NCBI GenBank assembly: GCA_016928955.1
Contig: JAFGJV010000004.1
Coordinates: 1-64,000 of the forward strand
Length of the DNA stretch: 64,000 nt
DNA from: Spirochaetales bacterium
Lineage (GTDB): Bacteria; Spirochaetota; Spirochaetia; Treponematales; UBA12059
Direction: 5' to 3'
The notes below the pieces were generated by a model, which was not told the origin of the DNA, did no database searches, and saw only the letters and a program-made list of their open reading frames with translations. Position numbers and translations under genes: made by a program. Of the stretch, positions 1-8,970 are shown one piece after another. Every line of letters starts with the position of its first letter. Position 1 is the first letter of the stretch.

Positions 1-417
1 CCGTTGGCTTCGAGTGAGAAATCAGCACCGAAAAGCGGAAAGTTGAAATCGGTGAAAAGCGGAAAATCTAAATCGGTGTTGACAGATATCACAGTATCCA
101 CACGGGATGCTATATATCCGCTCCAATCGGGGGGTGTCCACTTCGGTACTCTATTCGGGGCGGAAGTCGGTTTTACGTATGGATATGTAGTACCAATTAA
201 AAAGGTAAGTATGATACCTTTCCTCAGGATAGGTGGAGGACCGGCTTGGGACACACTCTTAAACATAGGGCCAAATTTTTTGGTCAAACCAGCTCTCGGG
301 GTCGTGCTTATGACATCGGAGAAATTCGGATTTCAGCTGCGATTGAAATCCGATATCGCTATTGGCGCGGGGCTTCATATACAAGGTTTGTCCGTAGAGG
401 CGGGTTTGGTGCTTTGA
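1..417 (+). CDS. Hypothetical protein, probably an outer-membrane beta-barrel (may be 5'-truncated by the window edge)
   Basis: ORF 4..417 with alternating hydrophobic/Gly beta-strand pattern, ending ...VEAGLVL; lower GC than downstream genes. Confidence 0.5.
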   Translation, partial: PLASSEKSAPKSGKLKSVKSGKSKSVLTDITVSTRDAIYPLQSGGVHFGTLFGAEVGFTYGYVVPIKKVSMIPFLRIGGGPAWDTLLNIGPNFLVKPALGVVLMTSEKFGFQLRLKSDIAIGAGLHIQGLSVEAGLVL

Positions 418-668
418 CTTTGTGACCGACAGTTGACAAAGCTTCCGACACCCTGAGGATTAAGACGAAATATCAGCAGGCCGCTGGCGAACTGGCATGT
501 GGGTTGCCGGCGGCTGCGTTTATCTGATTTTTGTTCAGCATGCCGCAGGTATTCAGGCACCTGCGATGTCCGATAATTATGAACGGGGGCTGCCTGCGGT
601 CTGTAAGTGGAAGGCCAAATGTGCCTGCGATTTCCGGCGGCGGCTTAACCCTTCAGATCTATAGGGTC

Positions 669-697
669 TTGCCAAAATCCGTGTTCTGGGCTACAGT
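669..697 (+). promoter_or_regulatory. Sigma70-type promoter for the leader peptide/Met operon
   Basis: TTGCCA (669-674), 17-nt spacer, TACAGT (692-697). Confidence 0.65.
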
Positions 698-758
698 AAC
701 GCCGACGGGCGCTGCCCGTCCTTGGCCACTCTACACAGCTGGCCGGGAAGGAGCTCAT

Positions 759-848
759 ATGTCGAAGCGCGGACAGATTTGCATTCACCTCAATTCCGCA
801 GCCTCCATGTGCATGCCCCTCATGCCCTCCTCCTTCATGATGATGTGA
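759..848 (+). CDS. Putative Met-rich leader peptide MSKRGQICIHLNSAASMCMPLMPSSFMMM (29 aa)
   Basis: AAGGAG at 748-753, 5 nt before the ATG; 6 Met codons in the last 13; ends ATGATGATGTGA; lies between a promoter and the Met operon. Confidence 0.75.
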   Translation: MSKRGQICIHLNSAASMCMPLMPSSFMMM

Positions 849-1090
849 CGCCCCGGGCGTCCAAGAAAACTGGATTCCATCCGGTAGGTTCGGCCCAGTC
901 GACGCGGGCCGGATGACGCCCGGGCGGCACACGCTCCCAAGTCGAGTTTCCATCATCCTCATCATAAGCGGGTCGATCGCCCGCCATTGGCCACGGTGCG
1001 TTTGCGCGTCCGTTCGGCAATGGCTCGCGCCGATACCGTTGCTCCCGTTGGACGACGCCTGTCGCCCGCGGGAAGGTAAAGGAGCGGCAT
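837..1090 (+). promoter_or_regulatory. Structured leader / candidate attenuator region
   Basis: 847-861 can form a local hairpin or pair (852-861) with 915-924; nested 878-884/909-915; CATCAT tracts 951-965 are complementary to the Met codons; GCTCC 1041-1045 is complementary to the RBS GGAGC 1081-1085. Confidence 0.5.
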
Positions 1091-2251
1091 ATGTCGCGTA
1101 CGGTAATAAAGATAGGCGGTTCCATCCTGGAATCGCCAACGGCCTCGATACACCTGCGGTCCTGCCTGGAACGTCATGACAAGCCTGTTGTGCTGGTCGT
1201 GTCGGCGCTAAAGGGGGTGACCGACGAGCTCCTGAAGCTGGCCGCCGAACATACGCAGGCGGCGTATGAGTTCGCGCTGGATCTTGTGGACCGGTATCAA
1301 AAGATGGCGCGCGCCCTTGATCCGGCATCATGCGCGCTTTCTGGTATAGACGCTCGGCTGGCCTCGCTTGGACGTCAGCTGAGCCTGACCCTTGCGGGCA
1401 AAGACCCTGACCGCCGTGAACGGGTGGCCAGTTTTGGCGAACGCATGTCAGCGGTGGCCGCCCTGGCCGCCTTCTCAAGTCTGGGTAGGCCGGCGAGCGT
1501 CGTGGAACCGGATGAACTTGGCCTTAAAGCCATCGGCTTGCAGAACGACGCGAGCGTGGACGTGTCGTCGTATGCTCACATCCGCGACAGCCTTGTCCAG
1601 CGGGCGGATGTGGTGGTGCCAGGATTTTACGGCGTTGGCCCGGGCGGCCGGGTCAAACTGTTTGGCCGCGGCGGATCCGATTACAGCGCGGCCGTCATCG
1701 CGGCTGCCATCGGTGCGCGTGCCTGCGTTTTTGTGAAGGACGCCGATGGCATACGCACCGCGGATCCATGCAAAGTGCGCGGCACCTCCGTGGTCAGTTT
1801 CCTGACCTATGCCGAGGCGTCGGCCCTGTCCCGCGGCGGCGCTAAAGTGCTCCATCCGAGGGCCGTGGATCCGCTCTCGGAGAGCGGGGTGCCATTGTGG
1901 ATAGAAGGACTGGACGGATCGGGGACCATGGTGGCCACGACACGCTCTGTGTCGGAACGGGGAACGTCCAAGCCGCTGGACGCATCGCCCGGGGCGATCC
2001 GGGCCATTGCCCTGTCGGCCTGTTCTGGCGGCACGGCAACGCTGACTCTGGCCGGCGACGGTGCGGGCGCCCAGGCCCTGAATGGCGTGCTGGAAATCCT
2101 CGACCTTGAGGCAGGCGGCCCGTGGAGCATCCACGGTGGGAAGGATGCCTCCGCGGTTCGGCTCAAGGTTCCCTCAGCCAGGGCCGACCATGTCCTGCGC
2201 GCCCTGCACGCGGCCCTGTTCGACCGGCGCGGATCGGAGGCGGCGTCATGA
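1091..2251 (+). CDS. lysC: Aspartate kinase
   Basis: KIGGS, VVSALKGVTD, SFGERMS, GRGGSDYSA, GIRTADP, GAKVLHP motifs; RBS AAGGAG. Confidence 0.9.
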   Translation: MSRTVIKIGGSILESPTASIHLRSCLERHDKPVVLVVSALKGVTDELLKLAAEHTQAAYEFALDLVDRYQKMARALDPASCALSGIDARLASLGRQLSLTLAGKDPDRRERVASFGERMSAVAALAAFSSLGRPASVVEPDELGLKAIGLQNDASVDVSSYAHIRDSLVQRADVVVPGFYGVGPGGRVKLFGRGGSDYSAAVIAAAIGARACVFVKDADGIRTADPCKVRGTSVVSFLTYAEASALSRGGAKVLHPRAVDPLSESGVPLWIEGLDGSGTMVATTRSVSERGTSKPLDASPGAIRAIALSACSGGTATLTLAGDGAGAQALNGVLEILDLEAGGPWSIHGGKDASAVRLKVPSARADHVLRALHAALFDRRGSEAAS

Positions 2252-3249
2252 GCGTGCTCGAAGCGTTGAATCGCGGCCCGTGCGTTTCCATTGAAGTGGT
2301 GCCGCCGGAACGCGGAGCCGGCTTGGACGAGCTCTTGCGCGCGGTGGAAGCGGTCATGAGCCACGGGCCGGCATTTGCCAGCGTCACCGATCATATGGGC
2401 GGCGCCGCCGTTGCAGAGGCTGACGGGCGCGCCGTGCTCCGGCCAGCTCGCCGCAAGCCAGGGAGCCTGGGCAGCGCCGTGGCCATACAGAAGCGCTTTG
2501 GCATCACAACGGTGCCGCACGTGCTCGCCCTGGGCCAGGACAGGTTCTCCCTTGAGGACATGCTCATAGACATTCATTACGCGGGCTTTGAGGATATTTT
2601 CGTGGTGAGGGGCGACGATAGGCGGAGCGGCCCCCGTCCACACGCCGCGCCTCCGGGCGGCGGGCTCGGCGACCAGAGGGCGGGATACGCCCACGCCGTG
2701 GACGTGGTCAGGCACGCCGCTGACTTGAACGGCGGACGGTACCTGTCCGGCAACGGCCATACAGCTCCCACGTCCTTCCAGATCGGGGTGGCCGGTTATC
2801 CGGGCAAGCATTTCGAGTCGCCCAATCCCGAGGCCGACAGTGCCCATCTCAAGGAAAAGATAGACGCCGGCGCGTCGTATGTCATTACGCAGATGGTGTT
2901 CGATCCGGACACCTACACGCGCTATGTGGAACGACTGCGGAACGCGGGCATACGCGTTCCGGTCATACCAGGAGTCAAACCGGTTACCAGTCTGTCCCAG
3001 GCTTCGTCCCTGCCCGGGGCTTTTTACATAGACGTCCCCGCTGACCTTTTGGCCAGGCTCGAATCAGCCAGGACCAGGGACCAGGAGCGGGCGGCGGGGA
3101 TAGCGTGGACGGCCGATCTTGTGGAAGCCTTGATTGGAGCCGGGGCCCCGGGCGTTCATTTCTTCACCATGGGCAAGGGCCTGGCTACAAAAGCCGTTCT
3201 AGACGCCGTCTTTGGCGGAACGCGCCTGGGCGCTGGGAGGGTCGCATGA
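2248..3249 (+). CDS. metF: 5,10-methylenetetrahydrofolate reductase
   Basis: SIEVVPP, VRGD, VAGYP, LKEKIDAGASYVITQMVFD, GVHFFTM; ATGA overlap with the lysC stop. Confidence 0.92.
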   Translation: MSVLEALNRGPCVSIEVVPPERGAGLDELLRAVEAVMSHGPAFASVTDHMGGAAVAEADGRAVLRPARRKPGSLGSAVAIQKRFGITTVPHVLALGQDRFSLEDMLIDIHYAGFEDIFVVRGDDRRSGPRPHAAPPGGGLGDQRAGYAHAVDVVRHAADLNGGRYLSGNGHTAPTSFQIGVAGYPGKHFESPNPEADSAHLKEKIDAGASYVITQMVFDPDTYTRYVERLRNAGIRVPVIPGVKPVTSLSQASSLPGAFYIDVPADLLARLESARTRDQERAAGIAWTADLVEALIGAGAPGVHFFTMGKGLATKAVLDAVFGGTRLGAGRVA

Positions 3250-6200
3250 ACCTTGAACGGCTTTTGCGCGACCATACCCTGCTGGCTGACGGTTCGACCG
3301 GCACGGCGCTTGAGGCCCTGGCGCCGGATTGGCGCGGGCCCGGCCAGCTTTTGCCCCTGGAACGCCCAGACCTGGTTCTAAAGCTCCACCACTCATACAT
3401 AGAAGCCGGCTCGGATCTGATAGAGAGCGCCAGCTTTTCATCCAGCGCGCGCAGTCTAGTCAGGGCCGGCGTTACGGTGGACACGCGCGAGCTTAACCGG
3501 GTGGCTGGTTCCCTGGTTAGGCTCGCGTGCGACCATGCATACGGGCGCGACGGGCGGCGGCGCTGGGCAGCAGGCTCCATCGGTCCCGGGGAGGAGGCCC
3601 CCAGCCTTGGCTCGGGCAGTTGGGCGGAGCTCAGGGACTCGTACCTGCCTCAGATGCTCGGGCTTTTAGACGGCGGCGTGGACTGTTTTGTCATAGAAAC
3701 CTGCCAGGATCCCCTGCAGATCAAGGCTGCCCTGGCGGCCGCGCGCGAGGCCGGGCACCGCGCCGGCAGGATAGTGCCGTGCGTGGTATCGGCCACGGTT
3801 GAGAGCAACGGCCGCATGCTGACCGGAACCAGCATGGAAGCCCTGGTCGCCATCGTCGCGCCGTACAAGCCGGCGGCCCTTGGCGTCAACTGCTCGGGCG
3901 GGCCTGACGAGTTGTCCCTGGCGCTTGGGTTGTTGGCGTCGGTATCGCCCTTTCCCTTGTCGCTCATGCCCAATGCCGGGCTTCCGGTCATGGTAGACGG
4001 CCGCACTGCCTATCCGCTCGGCCCGGACGCCTTTGCGCGGGGCACGTCAGCCCTGGCCCGCCGATACGGGGTGGCCCTGGTGGGCGGCTGCTGCGGCACG
4101 GGGCCCGAGCACATTTGCGTTCTTGACAGGCTCATGCGCGAGCGGCCAAAGCCCAGTGAGCGCGCCCAAGCACGCGCCTCCCTGGCGTCGCTGTATGACG
4201 CCCGACCACTGGGCCCAGGTCTCTTCCGGATAGGCGAACGCGGCAACGTATCCGGCTCGGCGGTGTTCAGAAAGCTCATGGCTGAGGGCAACCGAGAAGC
4301 CATGGCCAGCTTCATGGTCAAGCAGGAGGCTGAAGGCGCGGAAGCCCTGGACCTGCATGTGATGCGCCCGGGCCGCGACGAGGCGGCAGACCTTGTCGGC
4401 ATGGCGCGGGCGCTCAGGGGACGCGCGCGTTCTGCCCTCTGCCTGGATTCGACCGATCCTGAGGCCTTGGAGGCTGCGCTCAGGGAATATCCCGGCCGCA
4501 CCTTGATTAATTCGGCCAGCCTTGACGACGAGGACAAGGCCAGGCGCGTTGTTGCCCTGGCGCGGGAATACGGGGCGGCCTTGGTGTGCCTGTGTGTCGG
4601 TGCGGCGGGACCGGCCAAGACCCTTAATGAAAAACTAGGCTTGGCCCACACCTTGTACAAGCTGGCCGTGGATGGGGGGCTTGGTCCGGACGACATTTTT
4701 GTGGACACGGTGACCTTCCCGCTGGCCGCGGCGTCCAAGGGACTTAGGGGTGCCGCCAGGGCCAGCCTGGAGGCCCTGGCCCTGGTCAAGGAAAAACTGC
4801 CCGGCGTACGGACCATACTCGGCGTCGGCAACAGTTCCTTTGGTTTACCCAAGGCGATCCGGCCCGCCGTAACCGCGGTGTTTCTCGACGAGGCCCTTCG
4901 GCACGGTTTGGACGCCGCCATCATGGATGCCGGGCGCCTTCCCGACCTGTCGGCCCTGGATCCTGCGTTGGTGGACGCCGCGCGACGCCTGATCAACGCG
5001 GGCCCCACTGACGACACGGACGATGCCATGTCCGCCATCCTGTCGTTTGGTGGCGTGGGAGAGCGGACGGGCGACGAATCCGAACCCGGCCAGGCGCCTC
5101 TGCCGCCGGAAGAAGCGCTGGCGGCCGCGGTCATTGATGGAGATCCGTCGAGAGCCTATGAGTCGGGCAAGGAAGTGCTTGCTATCCAGGCGGATACAGG
5201 GTTCTACTCCCGGGTGGTGGCCGGCGCGCTCAAGCAGGTGGGAGACGGTTTTGCGGACGGAAGCATACCTTTGCCCTTGGTGCTTCGTTCGGCCGAGGCG
5301 GCGGAGAGGGCCCTGTCGTTGTTGGCCCAAAGCCAGGAGCGCGCGGACACGACCGGTGGCGTTGTGATACTGGCCACGGTCAAAGGAGACCTCCACGATA
5401 TAGGCAAAAACCTGGCTGGCCTCATCCTGGCCGGAGCCGGCTACCGGGTGGTGGACCTTGGCGTGGATGCGGGCGTGGCTGACATCCTGCAAGCGGCCAG
5501 GCAGGAAGCTGCCATGGCCATCGGGCTGTCGGGCCTGCTCATGCGCTCGCTTTCGGAAATGGAGGCGGTGGCGGGCGCCTTGGCCGACGCGGGCTGTTCG
5601 GCGCTCCTGCTTTTAGGCGGCGCCGCTGTGGACAAGTCGTATGTGGACAAACGGATAGAGCCGCTCTACCCAGGCAGGGTCATGGCCTGCGCGGACGCTT
5701 TTGAGGCCATACGTGTTCTGGACCGAGTCGATAAGAGCCAGCGGAAAAACCAGACGTCAAGTATCCCTCCGCGGGCCGTGCCCAAGCACGGCGGGCGACG
5801 TCAGCTGGACGGCCAGCGATCCTCAACGCCCGTGGTTCCGCAAAAGCCCAGGCTGCCGTGGGTGGACGTCGGCGCGTGCGGCGTTGGCGACGTGGAAATG
5901 CTCGCCTGGGACGAGCTTGGCGAGGCCCTGAATGCACGGTCCCTAATGGACACGCGTTGGGCCTATGGCAGGTCGCGGAGGGACGAAGCACGGGCCCTGC
6001 TTGACGGCCATCTTGCGGACCTGAAAAAGGAAGGCGCCCTCAAAGCCTATGTCGTGCGCGCCCTGCTAGCATGCGAGCGGGACGGCGAGACCTTGCTTGT
6101 GGAAGCGCCGGGCGCTTGGGATAGCCGGAAAGCCTTTCCGTTCCCGCGGGAACCCAGTCACGCTTTCTGGTTCTTGTCCGGACTGCCGGACGGGGTAGAA

Positions 6201-6581
6201 GGCCGGTTGCCGGTGCTTGCCGCCACGGTGGGACGCCTGCCGCTCGAGCTGGCCCTGGCCGAGAGGGAACGGGGCCGGCACGGCGCGTACCACCGCGTCC
6301 ACTGCCTGGGCGCGGCCCTAGCCGAGGCGGCCATGGAAGCCGCGCACCGGCGCTTTGCGCGGGAACTGGGCGAAAGGAAGAGCGCGGGTAGGGCGAAATG
6401 GCGACGCGTGTCCTTTGGCTACCCGCGTTGCCCGGGACTGGAACGTCAGGCCGACCTTCTAGACGCGCTGGACACCGGGCGCATCGGCCTCAGCTTGAGC
6501 GCGTCGTGCCAGCTGGTGCCCGAACTGTCCGTCACCGCCGTCATGGAACCCTATGCCGTGGGAGAAAGGGAGCCTGTATGA
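3246..6581 (+). CDS. metH: Cobalamin-dependent methionine synthase
   Basis: Hcy domain (DGSTGT, GVNC, PNAGLP, GGCCGT), pterin domain (IGER), cap, B12 motif ATVKGDLHDIGKN, C-terminal SFGYPRCP; ATGA overlap. Confidence 0.93.
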   Translation: MNLERLLRDHTLLADGSTGTALEALAPDWRGPGQLLPLERPDLVLKLHHSYIEAGSDLIESASFSSSARSLVRAGVTVDTRELNRVAGSLVRLACDHAYGRDGRRRWAAGSIGPGEEAPSLGSGSWAELRDSYLPQMLGLLDGGVDCFVIETCQDPLQIKAALAAAREAGHRAGRIVPCVVSATVESNGRMLTGTSMEALVAIVAPYKPAALGVNCSGGPDELSLALGLLASVSPFPLSLMPNAGLPVMVDGRTAYPLGPDAFARGTSALARRYGVALVGGCCGTGPEHICVLDRLMRERPKPSERAQARASLASLYDARPLGPGLFRIGERGNVSGSAVFRKLMAEGNREAMASFMVKQEAEGAEALDLHVMRPGRDEAADLVGMARALRGRARSALCLDSTDPEALEAALREYPGRTLINSASLDDEDKARRVVALAREYGAALVCLCVGAAGPAKTLNEKLGLAHTLYKLAVDGGLGPDDIFVDTVTFPLAAASKGLRGAARASLEALALVKEKLPGVRTILGVGNSSFGLPKAIRPAVTAVFLDEALRHGLDAAIMDAGRLPDLSALDPALVDAARRLINAGPTDDTDDAMSAILSFGGVGERTGDESEPGQAPLPPEEALAAAVIDGDPSRAYESGKEVLAIQADTGFYSRVVAGALKQVGDGFADGSIPLPLVLRSAEAAERALSLLAQSQERADTTGGVVILATVKGDLHDIGKNLAGLILAGAGYRVVDLGVDAGVADILQAARQEAAMAIGLSGLLMRSLSEMEAVAGALADAGCSALLLLGGAAVDKSYVDKRIEPLYPGRVMACADAFEAIRVLDRVDKSQRKNQTSSIPPRAVPKHGGRRQLDGQRSSTPVVPQKPRLPWVDVGACGVGDVEMLAWDELGEALNARSLMDTRWAYGRSRRDEARALLDGHLADLKKEGALKAYVVRALLACERDGETLLVEAPGAWDSRKAFPFPREPSHAFWFLSGLPDGVEGRLPVLAATVGRLPLELALAERERGRHGAYHRVHCLGAALAEAAMEAAHRRFARELGERKSAGRAKWRRVSFGYPRCPGLERQADLLDALDTGRIGLSLSASCQLVPELSVTAVMEPYAVGEREPV

Positions 6582-7627
6582 AGGAACGCATACCGGTAGC
6601 TGTCCTGGGGGCCACGGGCGCCGTGGGTCAGCGTATCGTTGCCATGGTGGCGGGTCACCCATGGTTCAGGCTGGATGCCGTGGGCGCGTCCGAGCGGAGC
6701 GCGGGTAAGGCCTACCAGGACGCGGCGCGCTGGCTCCTGCCTGAGCCCATGCCCGAGGAGGCGCGTGCGCTGACTGTGCGGCCCTGCGATCCTGGCGCGT
6801 TGCGTCAGCCGCTGGTTTTTTCGGCGCTGGACGCCGACGCGGCCGGCCCCATAGAGGAAGCGTTCGAGGCGGCAGGCCGCCTTGTCGTCACCAATGCCAG
6901 AAACCACCGCATGCGAGCGGATGTGCCCCTGGTGGTGCCCGAGGTAAACGGAGCGCACCTGGACCTGGTTGCTGGTCGACCGGGAGCCATCGTCACCAAT
7001 CCCAACTGCTCGACCATAGGACTGGTTATGGCGCTGGCGCCGCTCTGGGAGCGCTTTGGGCTTGAGGCAGTGTCCGTGGTGACCATGCAGGCCCTGTCCG
7101 GAGCGGGATATCCTGGCGTTCCGTCCATGGACATGATCGACAACGTGGTCCCCTTCATAAGCGGAGAGGAGCAAAAACTGGAAGCCGAACCCAGGAAAAT
7201 TTTTGGAAGGGTGACGCGGGGCACGGTTGTGCCCGCCGAGCTGGCCCTGTCAGCCTCATGCAACCGCGTGCCCGTGTCTGACGGTCACCTGCTCCGCGTG
7301 TCGGTCAAGCTCGGTGCCCGCGCACAGCGGCGGGACCTGGAAGAAGCCTGGATTCGGTGGAGGGGGTGGGAGGGCGCCCGAAAACTGCCGTCGTCGCCCG
7401 AGTTAGCGCTTGCGTACCGGAGCGAGCCGGACCGCCCCCAGCCACGTCTCGATCGAGACGCGGGCGGCGGCATGACGGTAAGCGTGGGGCGCCTGGAACC
7501 TGACAGCGTCCTGGACTACCGCTTTGCCGCCCTGGTGCACAACACCATACGGGGAGCGGCCGGAGGGACCCTGCTTCTGGCAGAGCTCGCGCTGAGCCGG
7601 GGGCTGGGATCTCTGGCCGCGGTCTAG
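6578..7627 (+). CDS. asd: Aspartate-semialdehyde dehydrogenase
   Basis: GATGAVGQ, NPNCST, QALSGAG, CNRVPVSDGH, HNTIRGAAG; ATGA overlap. Confidence 0.95.
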   Translation: MKERIPVAVLGATGAVGQRIVAMVAGHPWFRLDAVGASERSAGKAYQDAARWLLPEPMPEEARALTVRPCDPGALRQPLVFSALDADAAGPIEEAFEAAGRLVVTNARNHRMRADVPLVVPEVNGAHLDLVAGRPGAIVTNPNCSTIGLVMALAPLWERFGLEAVSVVTMQALSGAGYPGVPSMDMIDNVVPFISGEEQKLEAEPRKIFGRVTRGTVVPAELALSASCNRVPVSDGHLLRVSVKLGARAQRRDLEEAWIRWRGWEGARKLPSSPELALAYRSEPDRPQPRLDRDAGGGMTVSVGRLEPDSVLDYRFAALVHNTIRGAAGGTLLLAELALSRGLGSLAAV

Positions 7628-7643
7628 CGTGTTGTAGATAAAG

Positions 7644-7689
7644 CATAGGGGAGCCTCTAAAGACTGCAGTTTCTAGAGGCTCCCCTATG
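7644..7689. repeat. REP-like palindrome
   Basis: CATAGGGGAGCCTCTA...TAGAGGCTCCCCTATG between convergent genes; same family as 12141, 55424 and 57906. Confidence 0.8.
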
Positions 7690-7693
7690 AGCG

Positions 7694-8635
7694 TCAGCCG
7701 GCGGCGGCGCCGTTGCGGCCGCCGGCTGCTAGCAGCGACTTGCGCTCCGCCGTTGCCTGCAGGGGCAGGGCGACCAGGATGTAGGCCACGATCGCCATCA
7801 GGGAGCTGATCAAGGCGAGGGCCAGGGTGGGGCCGGCTCGCATGCGGTCAAGCCAGTCCTTGATCATGAACACGAACCCCGTCGAGAAGCCGATGAGGCC
7901 CGCGCTGCGTATGACCGTGGTCAGGTACCTGAACGTGCGGCTGGCGGAATCCAACGCGGCTTTGCCCGCGTGCTCTGAGCGGATTGCTGACACAGCGTCT
8001 CGCCAGGAATGCCGCCCGGTTATTGCTATAAATGCTCCTACGGAAACAAAGACCACGAGGATGGCGGACGCCAGATCCAAAAGAGTAAAGAGACTCAAGG
8101 AGCCAAAAGAATACGCGGCAAATCCAGCGATCATGACCAGTATGCCAGCCATATGCCGTGCCAGAGACCAGGTTGGCATGGCCGAGGCATGTGAGGACGT
8201 TGCCGCGTCCCCGAGTTCGGCCAGCCGGCCGAGGGGCAGGCGGATGCCTACCCACACAAGCAAGGAGGAAATGGCGGGCGCAAGGGCGTAGGCAAGGTTG
8301 GTCCAGATGGCCGCACGGTCTGAAAGGTTTTTCATCATGCACAGGAAGTGAATCAGGAAACCTCCCAGCGCAGCAGCGCCCAGGGCCTTGTCGATCAGCC
8401 GCAGTGTCGCCGGGGCAGCCGAGCGTTCAGCCGGATCGCCGTTGGCGGCTTTGAAGAGCCCGCGGATGGCTCCGAGTCCGGGTCCCGCAATAAGGACGCC
8501 CAGGGGAACCAGGATAGCAAGAGCCAGGACCTGAACCGCCGACCATGGGTCGAGCGTGCCTCCCGAGGTAAAAATGGCACCGATAACTGCGGCTGCGCTT
8601 ACCAGGAAACCGAATAAAATGCGGATAGTCATCAT
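7694..8635 (-). CDS. Membrane protein with two tandem MotA/TolQ/ExbB-like halves
   Basis: Two copies resembling MotA TM3-TM4 (LGGFLIHFLCMMKNLSDRAAIWTNLAYAL; GLIGFSTGFVFMIKDWLDRMRAGPTLALAL) and a TM2-like LDLASAILVV. Confidence 0.6.
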   Translation of the reverse strand: MMTIRILFGFLVSAAAVIGAIFTSGGTLDPWSAVQVLALAILVPLGVLIAGPGLGAIRGLFKAANGDPAERSAAPATLRLIDKALGAAALGGFLIHFLCMMKNLSDRAAIWTNLAYALAPAISSLLVWVGIRLPLGRLAELGDAATSSHASAMPTWSLARHMAGILVMIAGFAAYSFGSLSLFTLLDLASAILVVFVSVGAFIAITGRHSWRDAVSAIRSEHAGKAALDSASRTFRYLTTVIRSAGLIGFSTGFVFMIKDWLDRMRAGPTLALALISSLMAIVAYILVALPLQATAERKSLLAAGGRNGAAAG

Positions 8636-8970
8636 GCTCCTCCGTTGTCGTCAGGGAATGTTTGGGGAGCCTGGAAGGGGTCGAGTACCCCGATCCTCTG
8701 GGCGGCTTCCACCATTGCATTCACAAAATGCTGTAGGCCCACAGGTTCGAAAGCCTGCGGTTTGGCCAGCTGGGGGCTGGCCACGATAAAAGCGAGGGAA
8801 GCGGCGGCAAGTAGGATGCCTCCCAAGGAGCCGCTTCTCGAACGATGGTCGGGGGTGGCCGCCTTACTACCAGGCAATGCTTTCATTGGTAGGCGTTTTG
8901 CCGCCTCACGGGCAAGCTCGTCTGAGTAGTAGGCACGCAAAAGACGTTCGGGATCCATCGTTCTCTTCAT
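8632..8970 (-). CDS. Small single-TM protein, putative anti-sigma factor
   Basis: ATGA-coupled directly after the ECF sigma; short N-terminal helix then one TM segment. Confidence 0.55.
   Translation of the reverse strand: MKRTMDPERLLRAYYSDELAREAAKRLPMKALPGSKAATPDHRSRSGSLGGILLAAASLAFIVASPQLAKPQAFEPVGLQHFVNAMVEAAQRIGVLDPFQAPQTFPDDNGGA

Noticed and set aside
675..752. Cobalamin-riboswitch-like fragments (AAATCC, GCCACT, GGGAAGG)
   Set aside because: No B12-box or upstream core; the fragments coincide with the promoter spacer and the leader RBS
875..930. Faint SAM-I-like stretch GGGCCGGATGACGCCCGG
   Set aside because: Lacks the ATC.AGAG, GAGGGA, GCAACC and GTGC core in order; an Rfam scan would settle it
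645..1478. Minus-strand ORF with a His-rich segment (HHHEGGGHEGHAH), suggesting a metal-binding protein
   Set aside because: The CAT codons are the antisense of the leader-peptide ATG codons; it overlaps lysC and has no convincing RBS
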